Source: a virus. From it: DNA of 64,000 nucleotides. Positions within the stretch are counted from its first letter, which is position 1, and the number at the start of each line of letters is the position of its first letter. Positions 1 to 10,266 of this stretch are shown piece after piece. The stretch lies in IMG/VR virus record IMGVR_UViG_3300005573_000004, positions 32,001-96,000 of that record, one strand, 5' to 3'. A model generated the notes under the pieces. That model was not told the origin of the DNA. It was given only the letters and a program-made list of their open reading frames with translations, and did not search any database. The translations under genes were made by a program, and so were the position numbers.

Positions 1-437
1 TTCGGAAATACTTGAGCCAATTCTCCAATTGTTGTATCAAAAGTTTTTTCTGTTTCTATTCTACGTGTATAAAATTGATTTGTTATAAAATAATCATAAT
101 ATGGATAAATATAAGATTTAAAGATTTCTTCATCATTAAATCCAATTTTAGTTAACATATTTGGATTTTGGCTTCTTGAATTGGCTATATTAACCATAGT
201 TAATTGGTGAATTTTTGCATATAAATCTTTTGCTAAAGCAAGATGGTCTTCTGGTAGTTTTGAATTAATTATATACTTATGGAAATCCTCTAAAATTTTA
301 TGTATCATAATTCCAAATAACATATGCTGTGTCGGAGATACGTGTCTATTATAATTCTTAACGTATCTTAAATAATATCTATATGGACACGATACATAGT
401 TATCTAACCCTGTAGCAGAAATTCTCGTGATTTTCAT
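1..437 (-). CDS. PD-(D/E)XK (AddB/Cas4-like) exonuclease, truncated by the window edge
   Basis: Not in the ORF track. ATG at 437 after a GGAG RBS translates to MKITRISATGLDNYVSCPYRYYLRYV...FGIMIHKILE, the S-x-S/T...CP...G..IH..LE N-terminus of PDDEXK_1 nucleases. It lies downstream of sbcC. Confidence 0.75.
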   Translation of the reverse strand, partial: MKITRISATGLDNYVSCPYRYYLRYVKNYNRHVSPTQHMLFGIMIHKILEDFHKYIINSKLPEDHLALAKDLYAKIHQLTMVNIANSRSQNPNMLTKIGFNDEEIFKSYIYPYYDYFITNQFYTRRIETEKTFDTTIGELAQVFP

Positions 438-445
438 ATATACTC

Positions 446-2479
446 CTAATTCAAAACTACTACACTTGATACGCCATTTTCTTTTTTTACCAAAAGTGAA
501 TTATTAAACTCATAGGCAAAATCTGGAAAATGCGTTATTAAAAATATTTGGAATTGCCCAGATATACTTTTTAACATACTGGCAACAAATTCACGATATG
601 GTTCGTCTAGGTCCTTTATACCTTCATCTACTATCAAATATTGAAAATTATATTTATTTGCGACCAACGTAGTTAAAGCTAAACGTAACGCAAAATTCAC
701 TAAAACAAATTCAGCTCCCGATAATTCATCTAATTCACAAACTTCTTTATATTGATTAACTACCATAGTGTCAAAAACAGGTATAGTACCTTCAGAAGAT
801 TTCTTAGACTTTTCAAATTGAAAAAATACTGATTTACCCAAACGAGTTAAATAAGAATTAGCTAAAATTGTTATCTCTTCTAATGCTTCAGAAATAAGAG
901 CCTTTTGTATTCCATTTATAGATAAAATATTTGCACTATGTGTAGTTAAACTTTGAGCTTTTGCATATTGCTGTATTTCAGAATCTAATTGTACTATTTG
1001 ATCCTTTATAGTTAATATGTTTGCTTGCATATTTTCAATTTTCATAATATTCCTTTGTAAATCTTCAATTTCTGTTTTAAGTATATCAATAGATGCATAT
1101 AATTCTTTTAATTGATCTGGATTGCTTCCTTGAAGTAGTTTCTCAGTATCTTCTAATTGTTTTTTATTAAATGCTAATTCCTGTTGTTCTTTCTCACATT
1201 GTTTAGTTAATAATTGATTTATAGATTCTAATTGATTTATTTTTCCTTCTAATTCTGTTTGAGTCCTTATATTTTCATTATAAATAGCTATTTGCTTATT
1301 CATTTCATCTACCTGTTTAGCTAAATTTGAACGAATATCTATTAAATTATTATATTCTTCTCCAAGCTTTTGATAAGTATTATTCATTGAAGCTATCTCA
1401 CCATTAAGATGTTTTTCCAATTCTGACTTATATGAGTCGTCCATAACTCGCCTACAAAAAGGACACATATTCTGTTGTAAAATTAATGGTTTCTTTCTTT
1501 CAGCCTCTCTAATCTGGTCCTCTATCATTTTCATTTCCTGTTGCTTTGCAGCTACAGTTTTTTCTGCAGATAAAAAACTACCCAGTAAATTCTTTTTATA
1601 ATTTTCATCAATAGGGGTGACTCTATGCTTAATTAAATCCTCTAGAATTGGTTTATATTTTTGTAATTGGGCATTATTGTCTGCTAAAGTTTTATTTGCA
1701 TTCTCTAATGATTCGGTTAATGTTTTAATTTTTTTAATGATTTCTTCCTTTTTATTTAATAAAAGTTCTGTTTGTTTATTAGCTTCTAAAAGCTGCTGTT
1801 TCTCTTTTAGCATAGATTGTTTCAAAGAAAGTTGCTGTTGTAATTGTTCAATATCACTTTTAGATAATGCTTCTTGAATAGAAGCAAGTTGCATTTCTAA
1901 TATTTCTTTTTGCTGTTTACTTTTAGATCCATAATCAACGATTAGTTTAGTTAAATTCTTAGCTACTTGATGGTATGTTTCCCATTGTTTTATTTCCATA
2001 AGTGACATTATGAAATCTGTTTTAACTTGTTTCGGTGCATTACCAAAAGCATCGGAAAAATGTTGGCTTTGATAGATAGTATATTCATAAAGTTTACGGT
2101 CTATACCTAATAAATCATACATATATCTTTCAACTTCTGTTTTTTGTTGAGAAATCAATTGTCCGTCTTTATATAAAGACGGTTTATAATCACTATTAGT
2201 AAATTCTTTTATAATATTATAAATATGACCATTATGTTCAAAAGTTAAGGATGCCTTACCTTCCGTCGCTCCTCTACGTAATCTATGTTTACGTTTTGTA
2301 AATAAACAATAATCTATACCCTTAAATAAGGTTGATTTTCCAGCCTCATTTGAATGCTTTTCAGATCCCCTATCTAAATTTATACCTTTAATCAAGACTG
2401 GTGAGCCTAATTGAGTGAAATCTATATATGTATTGGCATGTGCCATAAAATTTTTTAATTCTAAGTTAAGTAATCTCAT
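446..2479 (-). CDS. sbcC: SbcC/Rad50-like SMC ATPase (T4 gp46-like)
   Basis: Walker A NEAGKST, long coiled coil with Zn-hook CPFC, signature LSGAE, Walker B IVDEG, H-loop LITH. Confidence 0.93.
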   Translation of the reverse strand: MRLLNLELKNFMAHANTYIDFTQLGSPVLIKGINLDRGSEKHSNEAGKSTLFKGIDYCLFTKRKHRLRRGATEGKASLTFEHNGHIYNIIKEFTNSDYKPSLYKDGQLISQQKTEVERYMYDLLGIDRKLYEYTIYQSQHFSDAFGNAPKQVKTDFIMSLMEIKQWETYHQVAKNLTKLIVDYGSKSKQQKEILEMQLASIQEALSKSDIEQLQQQLSLKQSMLKEKQQLLEANKQTELLLNKKEEIIKKIKTLTESLENANKTLADNNAQLQKYKPILEDLIKHRVTPIDENYKKNLLGSFLSAEKTVAAKQQEMKMIEDQIREAERKKPLILQQNMCPFCRRVMDDSYKSELEKHLNGEIASMNNTYQKLGEEYNNLIDIRSNLAKQVDEMNKQIAIYNENIRTQTELEGKINQLESINQLLTKQCEKEQQELAFNKKQLEDTEKLLQGSNPDQLKELYASIDILKTEIEDLQRNIMKIENMQANILTIKDQIVQLDSEIQQYAKAQSLTTHSANILSINGIQKALISEALEEITILANSYLTRLGKSVFFQFEKSKKSSEGTIPVFDTMVVNQYKEVCELDELSGAEFVLVNFALRLALTTLVANKYNFQYLIVDEGIKDLDEPYREFVASMLKSISGQFQIFLITHFPDFAYEFNNSLLVKKENGVSSVVVLN

Positions 2480-3567
2480 GGTTTTAATCCTAAAATTGGA
2501 ATTTCAAATGGAGAAGTTTCCATTTTTATTTTCTCAGAAACTATATCTTCACAAATAGATAATATGGCTTTATGTTCAGGAACTAAATTGTTTCTTTTAA
2601 CATAATCATCTATATAATTTTCTAAAGTCACTTTTTGTCTCCTAACAAATTCAGGAGCTGATGTATAAGAAATCGGTTTAAAGTTCTTTATTATACGAAC
2701 AGGATACCCTTTCGCTTCTAATTCTTTTTGAAGTTTATCCAATTCTGGAACTAAACTAACATCTATATCTTTTGCTATGATTTTGACCATAGTTCCTGGA
2801 ACAGATATTTTTGACTGATCAAATGTTTCAAAATCAAACACTTGTATAGGTCTAGCATTTGTGGGTATAAACCCTACATTTCCTGAATCATACAAAGAAA
2901 TATATTTTGTAGGTTCTTCTTCTCCCCAATCAGTCCTATAAGGTGAACCGCTATAATAAAAGTTTCCTATAATCTGTCCTCCAGTATGGATATGGCCTAT
3001 TGCTCCATATTTTACTTTGGATAAACTTTGTAACCATCCTGATGAAACAGTAAATTCAGATGAAGATGGAGTTATCGCAGAGAACTCATTAACCCAAAGA
3101 TGTCCTATTAAATATAATTCATTTCCTTTATAATCATCGTGAAGTCTTTGAATTGTATTAAGACAAACATCTTTTGCGTGGTATTTATATGGTATCACAA
3201 GAATATCTATGTCTTTTACTCTATATAAACCTTCTTCATCAAAAATAAAAAGATTTTGTAAGTTTAAATTTTTTAAAGGTTTAAGTGTGTGATGTGCTTC
3301 TTCATTATCAGGTTGGTCATGATTTCCAGGTATCATAACAATTGTACACCCAAGATCTAATAATTGTTTTAAGAATATATGAGCCAATGAATATTCCGTA
3401 GGAGTTGGTTCTTTTTTATCAAACAGATCCCCAGCAAAAAATATATATTCTGGTTGGTATTGTTTTACTACATCAAGAATAAAACGTAATTGTCCTAATA
3501 AATCGTATTTATATCTGTCATCACTCTTTAATTTAATATGTAAATCTGCAAAATGAAGTATTTTCAT
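2476..3567 (-). CDS. sbcD: SbcD/Mre11 metallophosphoesterase nuclease
   Basis: ADLH, AGDLFD, GNHD, GHIH and YSGSP motifs; overlaps sbcC. Confidence 0.93.
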   Translation of the reverse strand: MKILHFADLHIKLKSDDRYKYDLLGQLRFILDVVKQYQPEYIFFAGDLFDKKEPTPTEYSLAHIFLKQLLDLGCTIVMIPGNHDQPDNEEAHHTLKPLKNLNLQNLFIFDEEGLYRVKDIDILVIPYKYHAKDVCLNTIQRLHDDYKGNELYLIGHLWVNEFSAITPSSSEFTVSSGWLQSLSKVKYGAIGHIHTGGQIIGNFYYSGSPYRTDWGEEEPTKYISLYDSGNVGFIPTNARPIQVFDFETFDQSKISVPGTMVKIIAKDIDVSLVPELDKLQKELEAKGYPVRIIKNFKPISYTSAPEFVRRQKVTLENYIDDYVKRNNLVPEHKAILSICEDIVSEKIKMETSPFEIPILGLKP

Positions 3568-3965
3568 AAATATTCCTTCATGATTTTCATAATTCGTCTA
3601 ACCCTTCTATTTAAAATTTCTTGATTCGCATATGTCTTTCTTTTATTTCTAATTGTGGTTATTAGTCCTCGTATTTGAGTTAATTTATCTTTAAATGCCA
3701 ATTTCTTTTCTTTAATCTTGTTTATACGTTCTCTTTCTTCTTCTAATAAATCTACGGTAATTGGGTCACCAAACAAACGCATTAGAGTAGTGACATTTCC
3801 ACTTCTTTTACACCCCCAACAAAAGAAACTATTAGTTTTCGGATATATAGTAAAAGATCCAATTGTTTCTTTATGGTCTGGATATGGACATAGCATCCTA
3901 TAAATAGATCCAACAGGCTTTGGATTATATCCTTTACTTTTTAAATAATCTAATATATCCATCAT
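3564..3965 (-). CDS. Stand-alone CHC2 zinc-finger (DnaG primase Zn-binding domain) protein
   Basis: CPYPDHKETIGSFTIY...FFCWGC..SGN matches zf-CHC2; no TOPRIM domain in this ORF. Confidence 0.85.
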   Translation of the reverse strand: MMDILDYLKSKGYNPKPVGSIYRMLCPYPDHKETIGSFTIYPKTNSFFCWGCKRSGNVTTLMRLFGDPITVDLLEEERERINKIKEKKLAFKDKLTQIRGLITTIRNKRKTYANQEILNRRVRRIMKIMKEYL

Positions 3966-4339
3966 ACATTATTCCTAATATCATCTAATATTTTCGTAAG
4001 AAATTCAATAGGAGATAACCGTGCTAAACGTTCCATATAGGTTGGTTCTGAATCTTCTACTTTTATCCTGTGTTTCTCAGCGTGGATCAATAATTTAATA
4101 TAATCATCATTTACATTATTAGTTTTTATATATACTTTACCACATTGTATTTCAATTTTTGCCAATCCTTTAGTAGTAAAAACACTAAAATCACAATCTA
4201 ACATCTTTTTAATTTTTCTAAATGTTTCGCTTATATATGGGTCATCTGGTCTAGTTACTAACTGCACCCAAGGTAGTTTAGCTAACTTACGTGCCTGTTC
4301 TAAATTTAATCTTTTGTTATGAAATTTTATTATTCTCAT
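3962..4339 (-). CDS. hypothetical protein
   Basis: Overlapping ORF in the minus-strand operon. Confidence 0.6.
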   Translation of the reverse strand: MRIIKFHNKRLNLEQARKLAKLPWVQLVTRPDDPYISETFRKIKKMLDCDFSVFTTKGLAKIEIQCGKVYIKTNNVNDDYIKLLIHAEKHRIKVEDSEPTYMERLARLSPIEFLTKILDDIRNNV

Positions 4340-4745
4340 TTATTAGTTTTCTCCTTTTATCCTCTAGAAATAAACATTTAATTTTTGACCTAACTTGGTA
4401 AATTGGAATACGTAATCTTTCTACTATCTCGAATTCTGGAATTAACAAGTCTAAACTTTTTATTTTATAGAATTGATTTTCTTCAACCATATAACTTACA
4501 TAATTTGATCTACCAACTGCAAATACAATCAAATCTAATGAAAATTCTTTTCCTATCTTTGCTACTTGATAGATTATTTTTTCAGGAGTTGATTCGTCTG
4601 GATTAAATCTAATCCAGAGCATCTTAATTCCAGTACTTTGTTCTACAACATATGTTTCAACAAAAATATTTGCGTTATGCTCCTCAACCAAAGCTCTAAT
4701 ATGCCAGTATTCTTCGGAGGAATCGTCTATAGGTCTGTCGGACAT
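4317..4745 (-). CDS. hypothetical protein
   Basis: ORF in the minus-strand operon. Confidence 0.6.
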   Translation of the reverse strand: MSDRPIDDSSEEYWHIRALVEEHNANIFVETYVVEQSTGIKMLWIRFNPDESTPEKIIYQVAKIGKEFSLDLIVFAVGRSNYVSYMVEENQFYKIKSLDLLIPEFEIVERLRIPIYQVRSKIKCLFLEDKRRKLINENNKIS

Positions 4746-4752
4746 CTTTTGC

Positions 4753-5826
4753 TCATCTGTGCAAGAAATCTAAGATATCAATATAACTATTGTTTTTATA
4801 ATCCCAACCTAACCCTTTTGTTGCATAATCATATCCATCTTGTAAAATCTGTGTTTTTGTAAAATCTAATGAATCGCATGGAGCTTTTTCTGGCCAAAGA
4901 GCCATAACATCCCAATCAGAATTTTTAACCTTATCAATAATAAGCATTTCTGCTAATTGTTCTTGAGCACTTAATGCTGCTGGGATGGTGCCTAATAATG
5001 CATCCCTGTAAGCTTTAAATGATTTATCTGAAGTTTGTGGAGCTTCGTTTGTCCAAGTATCTATAGTTTCATCTGGAAAACAAAATATAATTATAGCTTT
5101 TTTAACTGCATTATCTGGAAAAGCTTCATTATATTTTGAAAGCGAAATAAAAGGATTATTTGCTCCAGCACCGCCATCTACATACCAATTAGTTTTACCA
5201 TTGATAGTTATAGGTACAGATTTAAAAATACCAGGAATAGCAGACGTAGCCTTTAATGCATCCGCAACTTTTACATTTGCCACTCTTTGATCAAAACTAC
5301 TAAAAAATTCTTCTTTCTGAGTATTAAGATTTAATGCAGAAACAATGATTTTCATATTAAATAGAGTTGAAGCTTCTTTAAAAGTCATATCTCTAAAAAC
5401 ATTATCAATAAGTTTATGCAAATTTGAATTATCTAAAATTGATTCTGCTCCAGTTAAAAAACCTATACCTGCTCCGATCTTGCCTAATAAATTTAATTCA
5501 CCTTGATAAATATCACTATTCTTTGTAATTCCTTCCCAAACATCAATTGCAGCAGTATATGGTTCTGGCGGACGTCCTCCAGAACCCATATCAATTCCAG
5601 TTTCTATCTTATCTTTAGGTAATGTTCCGCCATACAAAGCGAATAAACCCGAGTTCAACCCTCCTACCGAAGTTCCAGTAACGACCTTAGCTTGTTCCAA
5701 AATACCTAATTGAGCTAAGGCTACCAAAACTCCGGCTTGCCACCTTCCAGCTCCCCCTCCACCTGCAAGAACTATCCCAAATGGTGGTAATTGTTCCTGA
5801 ACAAATATTCCTTCTTTTAATTTCAT
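4753..5826 (-). CDS. Patatin-like phospholipase
   Basis: Gly-rich oxyanion motif LAGGGGAG, nucleophile GTSVG, SAIPG and catalytic DGG; AGGAGG RBS. Confidence 0.9.
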   Translation of the reverse strand: MKLKEGIFVQEQLPPFGIVLAGGGGAGRWQAGVLVALAQLGILEQAKVVTGTSVGGLNSGLFALYGGTLPKDKIETGIDMGSGGRPPEPYTAAIDVWEGITKNSDIYQGELNLLGKIGAGIGFLTGAESILDNSNLHKLIDNVFRDMTFKEASTLFNMKIIVSALNLNTQKEEFFSSFDQRVANVKVADALKATSAIPGIFKSVPITINGKTNWYVDGGAGANNPFISLSKYNEAFPDNAVKKAIIIFCFPDETIDTWTNEAPQTSDKSFKAYRDALLGTIPAALSAQEQLAEMLIIDKVKNSDWDVMALWPEKAPCDSLDFTKTQILQDGYDYATKGLGWDYKNNSYIDILDFLHR

Positions 5827-5838
5827 TTCATCCTCCTA

Positions 5839-7799
<1,961 letters not shown>

Positions 7800-7842
7800 A
7801 GTATCCTCCTTTCTTTTTATTTAAATTATGAATTACCTAAAC

Positions 7843-8259
7843 TTATTTTACAGAATTGATCCAAAATTTACAAAAATCAATATTCTTATCAATTTTCGGA
7901 ATTACTTTTTTTACATTTAATTCTTTTGCTTTCTCTAAGTAAGTCAAGGCTTCTTTTAACAAATTTATATTTTCTATTTTGTTACCTAATGTCCTAAATT
8001 TTTTAATTAAGCAATATCCTGCACTATTAAGCTGATATGCCTGTATTTCAACAGTTGCTGATTTTGCTGCAAAGTCTGCCGCTTTGAGATAATTCACGAT
8101 TGCTATAGTAGTACTTCCATCAGTATCGGCTTTTATTGCTGCATCTCTAGCTAATTTATACGCCTTATAATCACCTGCATTCTTCCAAGAACCTGCTACT
8201 AAAGAATTAACAAAAATCAAAGATAAACCTATTAACATAATTAATTTTAATTTTTTCAT
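7843..8259 (-). CDS. Secreted helical (TPR-like) hypothetical protein
   Basis: GGAGG RBS before MKKLK; Sec-type signal peptide MKKLKLIMLIGLSLIFVNSLVA. Confidence 0.6.
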   Translation of the reverse strand: MKKLKLIMLIGLSLIFVNSLVAGSWKNAGDYKAYKLARDAAIKADTDGSTTIAIVNYLKAADFAAKSATVEIQAYQLNSAGYCLIKKFRTLGNKIENINLLKEALTYLEKAKELNVKKVIPKIDKNIDFCKFWINSVK

Positions 8260-8276
8260 ATAGACCTCCATTTATA

Positions 8277-8576
8277 TTATTTTTTATTTTCCTTTTGTGT
8301 CGGAAATTCAAGTCTTACACGTTCAACAGTTATTGCTTTTAATGCTCCTAAGATTTTGAAATCTACAAAATTTCCTGAACCTTTTCTTTTATTTACTGTT
8401 TCAGTCCATTTTTCTTTAAGCCATTCTGTAGTTATCTTTTCTGGTAAAACAAGTACACCACCTTTTTGAAAAATGTCATTTACTATTCTGCAAATACTAT
8501 CCATTCCGACAGCATCTGGTGCGTAATTTGGATCTGTAAATTCCATTCTGAAAATTATTGATTCTACTTCAGGCAT
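8277..8576 (-). CDS. hypothetical protein
   Basis: AAGGAGG RBS, 99-aa ORF. Confidence 0.65.
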   Translation of the reverse strand: MPEVESIIFRMEFTDPNYAPDAVGMDSICRIVNDIFQKGGVLVLPEKITTEWLKEKWTETVNKRKGSGNFVDFKILGALKAITVERVRLEFPTQKENKK

Positions 8577-8595
8577 AGATTTGCCTCCTTTCTCA

Positions 8596-8673
8596 TTAAA
8601 ATGGAATTATAATCATGAACCCTATTATGGAACCAAAAGTTATTGAACTTGTAAATATAGGAACCAAAAACAT
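8596..8673 (-). CDS. 25-aa hydrophobic peptide (MFLVPIFTSSITFGSIIGFMIIIPF)
   Basis: AAGGAGG RBS and TAATG stop/start overlap with the upstream gene; fills the intergenic gap. Confidence 0.45.
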   Translation of the reverse strand: MFLVPIFTSSITFGSIIGFMIIIPF

Positions 8674-9200
8674 TATTCGCCTCCTTTTGGATTATCTAAA
8701 CCGTCTTCATCATCTTTTGACGGAAATAAATCACACCATAACAAAAATAACAAGCAACAACCAGCATGAGCTAAATGCATAAGTCCTGATTCTTTATCAT
8801 AAATCTTCTCACGGTTACGTCCATAATTTGCATCTTCCTTCCAAGCAATTAAATGTCTCATTAATGCATCATAGTATCTCCAACGTCTTCCTTTTACTAA
8901 TTTCCAATTATTTGGTGCATATTTTTTTGCTCCATAAGTTAAAACTTTAACTATTTCTCTTACTGCGGCATCAGGCAATAGTCCCCATCTTAATTTTTCT
9001 CCGTCAAACTTCATTCCTGTATCATTTTGTTTATCCTCTTTTAATTCAGAAATTTCTTTTTCCTCTAGCACTACCAAAGACTTTGAAGATATATCATTAA
9101 AATCGTATGCCTTCGTTATAGCATTAAATTGTTCAAATTTTATATGCCCATATTCTGGATGAAAATATATTTTACCACTTACTAATTCTTCTTTTTTCAT
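8673..9200 (-). CDS. dATP/dGTP diphosphohydrolase domain protein (DUF5664-like)
   Basis: GMKFDGEKLRWGLLP, VLTYGAKKYAPNNW, RYYDALMRHL and ESGLMHLAHA motifs. Confidence 0.85.
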   Translation of the reverse strand: MKKEELVSGKIYFHPEYGHIKFEQFNAITKAYDFNDISSKSLVVLEEKEISELKEDKQNDTGMKFDGEKLRWGLLPDAAVREIVKVLTYGAKKYAPNNWKLVKGRRWRYYDALMRHLIAWKEDANYGRNREKIYDKESGLMHLAHAGCCLLFLLWCDLFPSKDDEDGLDNPKGGE

Positions 9201-9232
9201 TTTTCCTCCTTATGTTCTGTATCATACTTAAA

Positions 9233-9400
9233 CTAACGTATAATTTTTGCTTGATGTTTGTCAATGAACCAATACTTACCAAGATATTTAACAAGATACT
9301 TGTTTCTATGTATTTCATAAACTGGCAAAATAGTTCCTACTGGAATAATTATCTTGGTAGCATTACCTTTAATTTCTTTTACTGTTTTTACTTGTTTCAT
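9233..9400 (-). CDS. 55-aa hypothetical protein (MKQVKTVKEIKG...)
   Basis: AAGGAG RBS, ATG at 9400, TAG at 9233; sits directly downstream of the conserved promoter-like motif. Confidence 0.6.
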   Translation of the reverse strand: MKQVKTVKEIKGNATKIIIPVGTILPVYEIHRNKYLVKYLGKYWFIDKHQAKIIR

Positions 9401-9425
9401 ATCTTACTCCTTTCACTGTTACTCT

Positions 9426-9462
9426 CCTACTATATATATACGACAAAATTATGTATTTTTTA
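9426..9462 (-). promoter_or_regulatory. Phage-specific promoter-like motif, copy 1 (AAAAAT-n7/8-TTTGTCGTATATATA-n-AGTAG)
   Basis: One of four near-identical intergenic copies (9426, 18403, 20354, 45037), each oriented toward the downstream gene. Confidence 0.65.
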
Positions 9463-9483
9463 GAAAAAATTTTAAAAAATTTT

Positions 9484-9560
9484 TGGCGCCCCCGGAAGGG
9501 ATCGAACCTTCGGCCCTTTCATTCGTAGTGAAATGCTCTGATCCACTGAGCTACGGGGGC
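9484..9560 (-). tRNA. tRNA-Arg (anticodon ACG), encoded CCA end
   Basis: Reverse complement GCCCCCGTAGCTCAGTGGATCAGAGCATTTCA-CTACGAA-TGAAAGGGCCGAAGGTTCGATCCCTTCCGGGGGCGCCA folds as a cloverleaf with a TTCGA T-loop. Confidence 0.95.
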
Positions 9561-9567
9561 ATTCCGT

Positions 9568-10266
9568 TCAATCTAATATTTCTAATTTTTGAACATTATT
9601 TTTAATAGTTTCAGCTAAATCTTGCATTTCTTGCTTTGTATAAGAATGATATTTAGACCATTCTGGATCAAGTGTAGTTATTGGTCTAAACGCTTGCAAA
9701 ACATAAAGTTTTGCCCCAATTATTATAGTGCTAATGTTATAAATATCTACATCAGTATGAAATTCTTTAATTAAGGTTGTACGAAATTGATAATCTATAT
9801 TAGATTGTTTTAATAAAGCAATAGATTCTAAAATTTTTGTAGTATCTATTTTTATACCAGCTGCTTGACTATATTTTTCGTCATTTAAAGGGTCTTGTTT
9901 AATATCCATAGCTATATAATCAACTAAATTACTATTTAATAATTTAAGCAGCATTTCTGGGTTATATCCATTAGTATCTAATTTTATAGATAACCCAAGG
10001 TCTCTAACTTTTTTTAAAAAATCTAAGATATCTTTTTGAATAGTAGGTTCTCCTCCAGAAATTACTAAACCTTCTATTAGTTTAGAACGAGATTTTAATA
10101 TTGATAAGATTTGGTCTTCTGACGAAATTTCAGTTTTATAATTTACCAATTCATAGTTCTGACAGAACGGACATTTAAAATTACATCCAGGAGTAAATAC
10201 GACAATTGATATCTTATCTGGATAATCTATGGAGGAACTTGGTATAATCCCACCAAACTGCATCAT
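9568..10266 (-). CDS. nrdG: Anaerobic RNR activating enzyme (radical SAM)
   Basis: GCNFKCPFCQN (CxxxCxxC), SGGEPT and KLDTNG motifs; downstream of nrdD. Confidence 0.95.
   Translation of the reverse strand: MMQFGGIIPSSSIDYPDKISIVVFTPGCNFKCPFCQNYELVNYKTEISSEDQILSILKSRSKLIEGLVISGGEPTIQKDILDFLKKVRDLGLSIKLDTNGYNPEMLLKLLNSNLVDYIAMDIKQDPLNDEKYSQAAGIKIDTTKILESIALLKQSNIDYQFRTTLIKEFHTDVDIYNISTIIIGAKLYVLQAFRPITTLDPEWSKYHSYTKQEMQDLAETIKNNVQKLEILD

Noticed and set aside
9354-9605. 83-aa plus-strand ORF
   Set aside because: Antisense to the tRNA-Arg and the promoter motif; spurious.
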